From the NCBI GenBank assembly GCA_050287085.1, contig JBNKBE010000014.1, positions 113,109 to 177,108 on the forward strand: a stretch of DNA of 64,000 bases, written 5' to 3'. Below, piece after piece: positions 39,834-49,001 of this stretch. The translations under genes were made by a program, and so were the position numbers. The notes under the pieces were generated by a model that did no database searches, was not told the DNA's origin, and was given only the letters and a program-made list of their open reading frames with translations. The stretch's first letter is position 1. Each line of letters opens with the position of its first letter. The stretch comes from Polyangiaceae bacterium (GTDB lineage: Bacteria > Myxococcota_A > Polyangia > Polyangiales > Polyangiaceae).

Positions 39834-40799
39834 TCAAGTGTCGCGTTCGGATGGGCCAGGCGGCGCGACCGAATCTGATGGCGGCAAGCTCTGCTCCCGA
39901 AACGCCCGCATAGCATCGTACTCGTCGTAGTTGGGCTGAAAACCCGTCGCGGCCTGAAACGGGCGGGGGTCGGTTACAATTGGGTACTTCAGATGGCTGA
40001 TGGCCCCTGGTGGCAGTTTCGGGAAGCCCAATTTCCCGAATAGATGGACCAACATCGACTCTGGCACGGCAACACCCACTCTGCCCGTCTCCTCGATAAT
40101 GGTCGACAACGGCAACGGCGCCGGCCCTGCTACATTGAAGACACCACGAATCCGCGACAACACCGCCGTGGCGATAGCTCGTGCAGCATCAGACTCGTGC
40201 ATGAATTGAAAGAGCGGATCATACCCCATCACCGTGGGAACCCGGGGGCCGCGCAAGTAGTCAGCAAGAGTGCCGCGCTGCGAAGGCCCAAGCGTGTAGC
40301 ACAGTCGCAGCACGGCGGTATCAAACTGTGAGTGCCGCCACAACGCAGAGCCCGCGAACAAATCTGCCGCAATCAGGTCGGCGAGTTCCGGAAAGTTCTC
40401 CGCCGCCATGGGGGGTTCGTCTTCTGTGTGATAGAGCGGCGAATCGGCGGTGGCTCCGTAATAGGTATGACGCCCGACGAATATGGCACGACGGACCCCA
40501 TAGCGACTGCAATAGTCGATGATGGCCTTCGTTCCACCCAGGCTGAGCCGATGGCTCCCCGGTTCGCTTACATGTAGATGCGAAACCGTGGCCATATGCA
40601 CCACGGCAGCAGGCTCGTACTGCCGGAAAACTTCCTCAGCCGCTCGCTTTCTCAGGTCCACGGTGAAGAGCTCTACGCCTGCTGGTGGATCCTTCCACGG
40701 CCTCAAGTCCAGCCCCAGAACACGATGGCCAGAGCTCACCAGCTGCTCGGCTACGGCCCGCCCCAAGCGACCAGAAACCGAAGTTATCAGAACGTTCAT
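39834..40799 (-). CDS. NAD-dependent epimerase/dehydratase (extended SDR)
   Basis: VLITSVSGRLG Rossmann start, DPLFQFMHESD, GVFNVAG; overlaps the acyltransferase gene by 4 nt. Confidence 0.85.
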   Translation of the reverse strand: MNVLITSVSGRLGRAVAEQLVSSGHRVLGLDLRPWKDPPAGVELFTVDLRKRAAEEVFRQYEPAAVVHMATVSHLHVSEPGSHRLSLGGTKAIIDYCSRYGVRRAIFVGRHTYYGATADSPLYHTEDEPPMAAENFPELADLIAADLFAGSALWRHSQFDTAVLRLCYTLGPSQRGTLADYLRGPRVPTVMGYDPLFQFMHESDAARAIATAVLSRIRGVFNVAGPAPLPLSTIIEETGRVGVAVPESMLVHLFGKLGFPKLPPGAISHLKYPIVTDPRPFQAATGFQPNYDEYDAMRAFREQSLPPSDSVAPPGPSERDT

Positions 40800-41617
40800 C
40801 GCGCCGGAGACTCCTCTTGCCCTTCGGCGATCAGCTGCGCAATGCGCCCCTTCACCTTCTGCACAAGCTCCGATATTGCCACATCGTCCTGAGCCGGATC
40901 GCCTTCTAGCAACATGGGCTCCCCGAATCGAATACCGATGTGAGCGGGCAATGGCAGCGCCAGGAGGTAGGGCGTTACGGGGATGTATGGGAGTCCAATC
41001 AGCTTGCCCAGCGCATAGAAATTCTTGATCGTGGGCACCGCTTCGCCCCCACCGAGCACCGCCACGGGGACGATCGGTGTCTTGGTTTCAAGCGCCAGTC
41101 GAACGAAGCCCGTGCCGAATCGCACCAGCTTGTGCCGATCTTTATACAACTTGGCAGTACCACGCGCGCCTTCAGGAAAGACCATCAATAGCCGCTCGTC
41201 GGAGAGCAAACGGCGGGCATGTTCTGGTAAGCCGACGAATTGCCCCACGCGATTGCTCCAAGTGGATACGAAAGGCAATCGGTTGATGAACTTGTCAACC
41301 ATGCCATGCGCCAGACGCGGAGGCTCCAGCTCGAGAAAGCAGGCGGCGGCTAACATGCCAGCGTCAATCGCATAACCACCAGAGTGGTTGGATACCAGCA
41401 TCGCACGACCTCGCGGCGGAACATGCTCCGCTCCGACGGTGCGCACTCGGAAGTAGTGTCGATACGCAAACGTCAGCACCTGCCCCGCACGAAGCAGGTG
41501 GTCCTTTGAAACGCCGTATAGATCGATACCGCGGGAACCAAATGGCAGCTCCATGCGCTCCAGACGTCTTGCAACATCACTCCGCTCTGCTGCTGTCACG
41601 CCGCGCCACTCCATCAC
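40796..41617 (-). CDS. lysophospholipid/glycerol acyltransferase (PlsC-like)
   Basis: VSNHSG (HX4D-like NHSGGYAID), FPEG, GFVRLA..PIVPV. Confidence 0.88.
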   Translation of the reverse strand: MMEWRGVTAAERSDVARRLERMELPFGSRGIDLYGVSKDHLLRAGQVLTFAYRHYFRVRTVGAEHVPPRGRAMLVSNHSGGYAIDAGMLAAACFLELEPPRLAHGMVDKFINRLPFVSTWSNRVGQFVGLPEHARRLLSDERLLMVFPEGARGTAKLYKDRHKLVRFGTGFVRLALETKTPIVPVAVLGGGEAVPTIKNFYALGKLIGLPYIPVTPYLLALPLPAHIGIRFGEPMLLEGDPAQDDVAISELVQKVKGRIAQLIAEGQEESPAR

Positions 41618-41934
41618 CCGGCGTTATAGCGGACCCCTCCCTCGAGTGCTAAACTTGCCGTACCCCGCCATCGTCTGCACTGCCATCCCGCCCCCTGGCC
41701 GCGTCCCGGCCCAGCCCGATCGCCCTTGCAAAGGCCGCCCTCGAGGACACCTCGACCTCGTCACTTTGCAGCGCGGGCGGGCACAGGGCAGCGCCCTGGG
41801 CCGGCGAGCACGGTGAAACATTTCAGGGAATTCAGCCGGCCAACGCCCCCTCCTTCGCCGGGATGGCCCGCTCCGGTCATTCGCTGGGTTTGCACTGGTC
41901 ATGCCAGGCGGCGGTCGGCTAGGGTCATGTCGCT

Positions 41935-42636
41935 GTGACGAGGTTCGATAATAAACACGGGAGAGCGTACGTTGGTTGGGCCGCAGCGGCGATAGCAAGC
42001 CTGCTAGTGGCTTCGCACGCGGAGGCGCGACCCAAGAAGAAACGCGGTTTTCAGATGTCCCTCAGCGGGGGCTACAGCCTGGCCCTAGGAGAGGCCACCG
42101 ACGAAGTCGACCACGACATGGACGACGTGACCCGCGGTCAAATCCCCCTACTGCTCGACGTAGGGATAAGGGCCTCACCGGTCGTGTTCGTGGGAGGTTA
42201 CCTAGGACCCGCACTCGGACATCTAGACAAGAGCACCTCAGTCCGCTGCGACCAAGACGACGACACCTGCCTGCAATGGGGATTTCGGACGGGGCTCGCT
42301 GCCACGTTCCATCTCCAACCGCGCACTGACGCCGATCCATGGCTCGGCGTCACCGCTGGCTACGAGCGCATCGCAAACAGACTGCGAGGCAAGCGGGACC
42401 TCGACCTGGCCTACTCGGGCTGGGAAATCGGAGCTCGAGGTGGCGTCGAATTCGAAGTGAACAAGCTCCTTCATATCGGTCCATTCCTCTCGGTCACGGC
42501 GGCGCAATATGGCAGCGTCTCAGTCGCGTGCGAAGGGCGCTGCGCTGGAGTTGACGAGGGAAGCGGCGACATCGAAGATCGAGGGCTGCACACTTGGCTG
42601 ACCCTTGGCTTTCGTGGCTCCGTTACCTTCTGGTAG
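41935..42636 (+). CDS. putative outer-membrane beta-barrel protein (paralog of 34009-34716)
   Basis: Signal peptide ending AEA; GYS..PLLLD.G.R..GYL; GPF.S.T; C-terminal aromatic strand. Confidence 0.65.
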   Translation: MTRFDNKHGRAYVGWAAAAIASLLVASHAEARPKKKRGFQMSLSGGYSLALGEATDEVDHDMDDVTRGQIPLLLDVGIRASPVVFVGGYLGPALGHLDKSTSVRCDQDDDTCLQWGFRTGLAATFHLQPRTDADPWLGVTAGYERIANRLRGKRDLDLAYSGWEIGARGGVEFEVNKLLHIGPFLSVTAAQYGSVSVACEGRCAGVDEGSGDIEDRGLHTWLTLGFRGSVTFW

Positions 42637-42689
42637 CTGGAGAAACGAGCCGTCAAAAGCAAGCCTCAAACCGCCGCAACCCGGCGGCG

Positions 42690-43421
42690 CTACAGGTGAA
42701 GCTCGACGCCCACCACGAATTGAAAGCGGGTGGTGCTCAGCCCGGACGCCTCGCGCCGAAGGGGCCCAACGGTCTCGGCTTCCGTGTCATAGAGACCCAA
42801 TCGCGAAAACTGGACGCTCCCCTCACCGCGCAGGTCCAACTTCTTGGACAGCGGCCACATGAGAGCAGCAAAGGGCGAAAGCATGCCGCCTAAACGAGGA
42901 ACCGACGGAAATACGTCGTAGCCTTGCGCATCGAAGTTGTCGAGCTCGCGGCCGAGTTCTCCTTTGGGAAACGCCATCAGTATCCCCACGCGGCCCCCGA
43001 GCGCAACGTCGAGCTCTGAAAGGACGTCCTGCAAGCGGTACTCGACGTTCCCCTGCAGCTGAATCAGATGCCCCACCCGATAGCAGTCCTGCTGATCGCA
43101 GTATTCCCCCCGACTGGGGTCCTCGGCATCCTTCGGCTTGAGCGTGTAGTTATTGAACCAGAACAAGCCCGCCCCCACTCGCCAATTGTCGGAGAAGGCG
43201 GGCGTAAGCCACCAAGCCCCCAAGTTGAAGTAGTCGTCACTGACCAGTTGCTGATCGTCGCGCTGCTGAAAAGGTTCGCCAGCGCTTTCGCTTTCGAAGT
43301 CGCGAGTCGAGTCCTGTGAGTAGAGTCCAATGCCAAGTCCGATACTCGAATCGGCGGCGCTCACGCGCGCGCTAGTCCAACTCAGGGCCGCAAACGCGCC
43401 GATAGCAACGAGATGCTTCAT
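42690..43421 (-). CDS. putative outer-membrane beta-barrel protein
   Basis: Signal peptide MKHLVAIG..SAA; amphipathic strands; C-terminal FQFVVGVELHL. Confidence 0.65.
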   Translation of the reverse strand: MKHLVAIGAFAALSWTSARVSAADSSIGLGIGLYSQDSTRDFESESAGEPFQQRDDQQLVSDDYFNLGAWWLTPAFSDNWRVGAGLFWFNNYTLKPKDAEDPSRGEYCDQQDCYRVGHLIQLQGNVEYRLQDVLSELDVALGGRVGILMAFPKGELGRELDNFDAQGYDVFPSVPRLGGMLSPFAALMWPLSKKLDLRGEGSVQFSRLGLYDTEAETVGPLRREASGLSTTRFQFVVGVELHL

Positions 43422-44218
43422 GTCTCACTATTCTCTCTGGTAAGGCGTCTCTCTGGGTTTCAAGGCTAACAGACGACCATCCGCGGCCGTCCCTGAACTC
43501 CATGTCGACGGAAAGCGCCATTCGCTCCCGGAAAAGAGACTCGCACGGAAGCCCGCCTCCAACAAGGGACGGCGGCGCGGTCCAAGCTTTGAGTGGAGGA
43601 GCGGGGAGCGAGCTTGCTCGCGCCCCGCGGCTTGGGGTTCGGCCGGTGGGAGGGGGTTCGGTCTTGGGAGGCCGGTTGTAGCACCGCCTTGCTGATGATT
43701 GCGTGCGACAGTGAGGGCAAGGGTCTTGTCGGGACCGGGATTTGGCCAGGGTATCGCTCGTCCTTCTACCGAGCGTTGCGACACGCTTCGACAGAGGGTC
43801 ATCGTCGTGTATGCAATCCGACGCAGGATGAGCACCACACACAGGCCGCGCGGGTTACCGCAAGAACTGTGTACCCCCAACCTGATGAGTTGAGCCGCGG
43901 GCCGCGGCTCTTCGGGAGTTGTGCGCCACTTTGACTCATGGGCGTGCGCGACTACCCCGGGGACCGCACCAAACCTACATCGGGTCTGGGCCCCCAAGAG
44001 CTCCGCACGGGACCAGACGTGGACGTATCCCTCCACCAACGCCGCCGCGTGCCCCAAGGGTCCCGCCACAGCTCAGCGAATTGCCCACCGCCGGGATGAA
44101 ACAAAGTTCTAGAGTCGGCAAATTCCGCGCATACAAGGTCCCACAAATCTCGGAAAGAGCGTAGCGGCGATGCTCTCAAGATGCAGGGTCACGCTATGCT
44201 AAGCGCCCGGAGCCGACA

Positions 44219-46039
44219 ATGATGCCTATTACTCTGTCCCAGCCGCTCAAAGGCGCGCTCGCATATGCGCTCTCGACGCTGCTTGCTACCGTCGCTTGCG
44301 GCAACACCGAAGGTGCGTTCAATGTAGAAGCTCCGGCCCGCGGCCCCTCCCAGCTGCTACCAGATGACGGCCCGGTGAGCGACGGCAATTTCAGGGGTGG
44401 CGACGACGCCATTCCAACGCTGAATGGCGACGCCAGCCCGGATCAAATAGTCGCCAGCTGTGACTCCGAATGCCGTGCGTTCTGCAACAACGCTGGGCTG
44501 GACAATCCCGTCAACCAAGGGCTGTGCCCCAGTCTGTGGGGTCTCGGCCGTGCCTCCAACGAAGTGGACACCTACGAGGCCTGTCGCCGTCTGTTCATGG
44601 ATACGACCGGGCGCTTTCCCACCTATTGGGAAGTCAAGAATGAATGCTCCGGACGGCCATGGGGCGAGGTTGTAATGGCACGCCTCGACTCCCCAGAGTT
44701 CGTCCGCCTCAACCGCCGACGCTGGGCGGATATCATGGGCTACGATTCGACGAGCGTCAGCATCGAGCGCATCTACGACATGGACGCGGTCGTCAGCGCT
44801 CTCTATCGCGGCGAGCTCTCGTACGACCACTTCGCAGCTATCGCATCGGCGCACCCTGTCCTGACCCGGCGTTTTGCCACCGAGGGCGATCGAGCTGAAG
44901 CCCTGTTCTGGCTGTTCTGGGGGCGCCCTCCTTCTGGGGCTGAGCGCAGCGACATAGCCCGGCTCTATCACCTCTGGACCAACCACTACTACGACCACCC
45001 AGAGCTCGGCATGCGGCTTCCCGACGCGTTCATTCGCTACCGCTGCCTGGATGAACTGGGAGCCGTCAACGAAGGAACGGCTGGCTCCTGTACCAGCACA
45101 GCCTTTGGCTTTGAGCAGCTCATACTCAAGCCTGACGCCCGCTCCATCAAGGTCGATGACGACGTGCTGATGTGGAGCGGACATCTAACGACCAACGAAT
45201 GGCAGAAGCTGCAAGCGCCCGGGCGCTTACTGTCGGAGCAGTGGCTGTTCTGGGAGCACGCGGCCAACGCCGTCCTCCACCAGTACCTCGACTACGATAT
45301 TTCCACGTTGGCACCTGAGATCGGAGAACGCCTGGTCCAATACGTCCTGGACAAGAACGGCGACATGAGAGCCCTGCACTTCGCGGTTCTCACTTCCTCA
45401 GTCTATCTCCAGTCCGCACGAGGTAATGACGCCAAACCACTTCGCTTCACCTACGGTCCCCTGAAGCAGGCTGAGGCGGAAGACTGGGTCGACTCCCTAG
45501 ACGAACTGACAGGTAGCCGTCTCCGGCGCTGCGACCTGCGCATCAATCGCCCGGGTGAATTCCTCGACGTCGGCAGTCCAGCGGCACTCGCGCTGATCGC
45601 TGAGTCGGACTGGGAGGTCAACGACGAGTGGTCCAATGTCCGTACGGACTACCGCGACCTAGTCCGAACGCTAGGTGGTTGTCCCGACAATTCTCAGGGA
45701 GGTCGCTTCAAGACGATCAGCGTCCTCACCACCGCCAACCAGCTCAATCATGCACGCAAGGTGTGCGACCCAAGCGGAAACGGTAGCGACGTGCGTGCCG
45801 ACCTTCAGAAGCTGCTGCCTGATGGAATCTCCGCCAACCATGCCGTGTCCGCGGATAGCGCGGAGGCGATCTACACGAACCAGGTTCGCCGTTTCTTCTC
45901 GCGCAACCCCAAGAGCAGCGAGAAAGAGCAGGCACGTGCCCACGGGGAAGCCTGCGCGCGTGAACAATGTGACGCCGAGAGCTTTGCTCGCAACGTCTGC
46001 TACGCACTGCTCAGCAGCGCAGAAATGGTGTTTTACTGA
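44219..46039 (+). CDS. Cys-rich lipoprotein with DUF1549/DUF1553-like segments
   Basis: LLATVAC lipobox; CRRLFMDTTGRFPT (cf. RRLxxDLxGRxPT), FWGRPPS, LTSSVYLQ, RFFSRNP, YALLSSAEMVFY. Confidence 0.65.
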   Translation: MMPITLSQPLKGALAYALSTLLATVACGNTEGAFNVEAPARGPSQLLPDDGPVSDGNFRGGDDAIPTLNGDASPDQIVASCDSECRAFCNNAGLDNPVNQGLCPSLWGLGRASNEVDTYEACRRLFMDTTGRFPTYWEVKNECSGRPWGEVVMARLDSPEFVRLNRRRWADIMGYDSTSVSIERIYDMDAVVSALYRGELSYDHFAAIASAHPVLTRRFATEGDRAEALFWLFWGRPPSGAERSDIARLYHLWTNHYYDHPELGMRLPDAFIRYRCLDELGAVNEGTAGSCTSTAFGFEQLILKPDARSIKVDDDVLMWSGHLTTNEWQKLQAPGRLLSEQWLFWEHAANAVLHQYLDYDISTLAPEIGERLVQYVLDKNGDMRALHFAVLTSSVYLQSARGNDAKPLRFTYGPLKQAEAEDWVDSLDELTGSRLRRCDLRINRPGEFLDVGSPAALALIAESDWEVNDEWSNVRTDYRDLVRTLGGCPDNSQGGRFKTISVLTTANQLNHARKVCDPSGNGSDVRADLQKLLPDGISANHAVSADSAEAIYTNQVRRFFSRNPKSSEKEQARAHGEACAREQCDAESFARNVCYALLSSAEMVFY

Positions 46040-47433
46040 TGTCGCGAACCACTCCCCCACGTCGCGGCCCGACGCGCCGAAAATGGCTCGGAGCCGTTGC
46101 CGCCGGATTCCCAACGATCTGGCTCCCGAATCGAACATTCGCTCAGCAGTGCACCGGTCGAGGTGGTGTGAACCACCTCATATACATTCGATTGAGCGGT
46201 GGCTTTCGCTTCACGACAGCTTTCAATGGCAACGTTGCCGCCGAGTTCAATCCCTTCGGCATGGCACGAAATCTTGCTGCCGGTACCGAGTGGGGGGCCA
46301 GCAGACTGCTGGAGGGTCGAGCCTGGCTGGATGGCGACGGCGGACAGCCGCTGCGTGACGCCGGGATGCGGGCCGTGCCCGAGTTCACGAACGAAATCGC
46401 CGTCCTCGCGACCGTGGACCACGAGCCCTTCGCTGGTAACGCAGACGGTAACCACGGAACCGGTCTCGAGCGCTATCAGACCGGCTATGTCGGAGGAGAG
46501 AACAGTCTGTTCACCTACCTGACCTACGGCATGCGTAGTCGGATAGAAGCGGCCACTCAAGAGGGACGCGTTGAGTTGCCCCCCTTCGTACTCGGCGACG
46601 CCGGTATGGCGAAAGGCACGGGCGCCCTTGCTGCCTTTCGACCTCCGCTCATCCAGGGCGATAGCTTCGAGGACTTCGCGTTTTCTGGCGCGGGCGACCT
46701 CCCGGCGTGGGCCGTCGATCTGGCCGAGCAAACCGACGTTCGCATGCGAGATCGACAAATGGCGCCGGCGCGTGGCGCCGTCGATTCCTATATCGGGGCT
46801 CGCGAATCCACGAAGCGTTATGCTGAAATCTTCAACGACGACTTGCTGCGCATTCGCAACAATTCAGATGAGCTTGTCGACGGCATCTCCAACCGACAGC
46901 TAGCGACCCTATTCGGCGACAGCGGCGCTGGACGCCATCTCCGTCTGGCGCTGCGCCTCTTCAAGTTTGGCTGTCCGGCGGTCTTTCTCAATGAGGGTGG
47001 CTACGACATGCACTCCGGAGAAGACGAGCGCTTGCCAGACTCCATGTCGAATCTCAATCGACTGCTGAGCGCCCTCAACGCGGGCCTCAAACAGATGCAG
47101 CATCCGAGCGGTGGTAGCTACTGGGATCACACGCTTGTCGTTTTGGGCAGCGAATTCGGGCGGACGGCGCGGGGAAGTCGCTTCAACTCGGCAGGCGGTA
47201 GCGACCACGGCGGTGACCGTGCGACGCGCTGGATGAGCATGCCCTTCATGGGCGGATACATCACAAAGTCCGGAATGGGAGGCAAACAGTACGGTGTAAC
47301 CGCAAAAAGTGACCTAAAGGACGATGGCCGCATCTTCAGTTACCGTTCCGTATGGAAGACAATTATGGATCTGATGTGCACCGATCATTCTGAGGTATTC
47401 ACAGCAGACGAGCCCATAGTGGACATATTCTGA
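46039..47433 (+). CDS. Tat-exported DUF1501-family protein
   Basis: TRRKWLG twin-arginine signal; IRLSGG, GYDMH, VVLGSEFGRT, GSDHG motifs. Confidence 0.8.
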   Translation: MSRTTPPRRGPTRRKWLGAVAAGFPTIWLPNRTFAQQCTGRGGVNHLIYIRLSGGFRFTTAFNGNVAAEFNPFGMARNLAAGTEWGASRLLEGRAWLDGDGGQPLRDAGMRAVPEFTNEIAVLATVDHEPFAGNADGNHGTGLERYQTGYVGGENSLFTYLTYGMRSRIEAATQEGRVELPPFVLGDAGMAKGTGALAAFRPPLIQGDSFEDFAFSGAGDLPAWAVDLAEQTDVRMRDRQMAPARGAVDSYIGARESTKRYAEIFNDDLLRIRNNSDELVDGISNRQLATLFGDSGAGRHLRLALRLFKFGCPAVFLNEGGYDMHSGEDERLPDSMSNLNRLLSALNAGLKQMQHPSGGSYWDHTLVVLGSEFGRTARGSRFNSAGGSDHGGDRATRWMSMPFMGGYITKSGMGGKQYGVTAKSDLKDDGRIFSYRSVWKTIMDLMCTDHSEVFTADEPIVDIF

Positions 47434-48827
47434 TGCACTCGAAATCAAGAGACATCGCGTTCTGCCGAACTCTCAGGTGCCACTGCCTAGTCGCCGCAAC
47501 GTGCGGCGCGCTCGCGCTCGCCTGCAGCGCGGAAGGCAATCAGCATATCAACGGTGAGATCGACTTCGACAAGAACCGACCCGCACTGGGCCAGGCCGAA
47601 TCCGTCCCAGCGTACGCTGGTGACAATGAGTTCGTACTGCGCGCCTCCCAGATGCATCGCACCGGACTTGAGTTGCACCGCAACGTCATAATCCGCACGT
47701 GTGGTCCGACCCAAGGCGTCTGTCACAATCAGAAGGAATACCCGGATCTATCAACACCGGGCAATCTCCGCACAGCGGTGTCTGCACCCTGCAACGTACA
47801 GTCGGAATGGTCAGCGGTATTCGACGGCTGCGAGGTTCCCGGCGACCGCCTGCGCTTTGGTGAACGGCAGGAAGTCGAAATCGGATACGTCAACTACGTG
47901 CCTGGGGACGACGAGGACTACAGCGACGACAAGCCGCCCACCGTAGAATCCCCCGGACTGCACATCGTCTTGCAAGCCCCCATCAACGTCGGCGACCGAA
48001 ACCGACTGTGGGAACGCGCTGACCTGGTGCGCAGATTCACCGATGAGTCCGAAGAGATGAAGGAGCTCGCCTTCGCCAGCTACCAGTCTGAATGGTGGGT
48101 ATTGGAAAACGGTACCCACCTGGTCGCAGAAGTTCGCTCATGGCAGGTGGACCGGGTCAACGAGCTGCTGAGCAGCGGTGTCAATGAGGGCGACCGCAAC
48201 CGAAACGGCGTCTATGGCGCTAGGCAAAGTAGGCCGCTGAGCATGATCGAGCCCCAGAAGCCGGAGGAGTCCTACCTGGTCGGCCGCCTGCGGGGAGAGC
48301 TACAGGGAGTCTCCATCCCTGGCACCCGAATGCCGCTTGCCAATGAGCCCCTCACAATCGAAGACATGGTTTCGCTGTTCTGTTTCATTGAAGCCATCGA
48401 CCCTGCTCGTCAGGGCGAACTCGATCTGTCCGCTCCGATCAACTACACGGACTGCAAGGCAGCGTCCGACCCCGAGGGCCTCAATTTGTTGGGCAATGGG
48501 GCCAGTTGGCTCGGTCGTGTGCAACCTTTGCTCGAGGCCAATTGTGGCGGCTGTCACGGCGGTGACGAACCCCAAGGCAACTTCGACGTGCTGAGCGATG
48601 GCCTATACGAGCGGCTGCTGGAGAAGTCGAAACAGGTGACGGACCTGGCATTGGTAGAACCGGGAAAGCCAGAAGAGAGCTACCTGTGGTTGAAGCTGAC
48701 GTCCGCCCCCGATATCACGGGACAGGGCATGCCCATCGATCCGCTGGAAGGCGTGCGCACACTCCCTGAAGGAGCGCTGAACGATATCCGCACTTGGATC
48801 GAAAACGGGGCGTTCGCCGAGGAATAA
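47433..48827 (+). CDS. c-type cytochrome lipoprotein with two planctomycete-cytochrome-like domains
   Basis: LALAC lipobox; CGGCH heme motif (48543-48557); CGPTQGVCH (47700-47726); duplicated P-x-KPEESYL...MP...FI/WI motif. Confidence 0.75.
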   Translation: MHSKSRDIAFCRTLRCHCLVAATCGALALACSAEGNQHINGEIDFDKNRPALGQAESVPAYAGDNEFVLRASQMHRTGLELHRNVIIRTCGPTQGVCHNQKEYPDLSTPGNLRTAVSAPCNVQSEWSAVFDGCEVPGDRLRFGERQEVEIGYVNYVPGDDEDYSDDKPPTVESPGLHIVLQAPINVGDRNRLWERADLVRRFTDESEEMKELAFASYQSEWWVLENGTHLVAEVRSWQVDRVNELLSSGVNEGDRNRNGVYGARQSRPLSMIEPQKPEESYLVGRLRGELQGVSIPGTRMPLANEPLTIEDMVSLFCFIEAIDPARQGELDLSAPINYTDCKAASDPEGLNLLGNGASWLGRVQPLLEANCGGCHGGDEPQGNFDVLSDGLYERLLEKSKQVTDLALVEPGKPEESYLWLKLTSAPDITGQGMPIDPLEGVRTLPEGALNDIRTWIENGAFAEE

Positions 48828-49001
48828 ACCTCGCCGAGGAATGAGCAGGGCGCGGTAGCCTGCCCCTTGACCGGGGCACCGCCGCGCCGTGGCTCTTTGC
48901 CCTGAAGGCCCGCGGATGGGAAAGTCATACTACGCCGGCCGATCCTGCTTGCTGCGGCGGGTAGGCTCACCCTGCTCCGCCACACTTGATTGGGCTAGGG
49001 T

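Noticed and set aside
41626..41652. CIRCE-like element (ATAGCGGAC-N9-GAGTGCTAA)
   Set aside because: Right arm is perfect but left arm matches only 5/9 and coincides with a probable -10 box of the acyltransferase gene; the flanking genes are not chaperones
43882..43920. Hammerhead-ribozyme-like CTGATGA followed by a GC hairpin
   Set aside because: The required GAAA after stem II and the stem I/III pairings are missing
43428..44069. 213-aa minus-strand ORF and other ORFs in the 43.4-44.2 kb gap
   Set aside because: No recognisable motifs and low-complexity Arg/Pro-rich composition typical of spurious high-GC ORFs; more likely a divergent regulatory region
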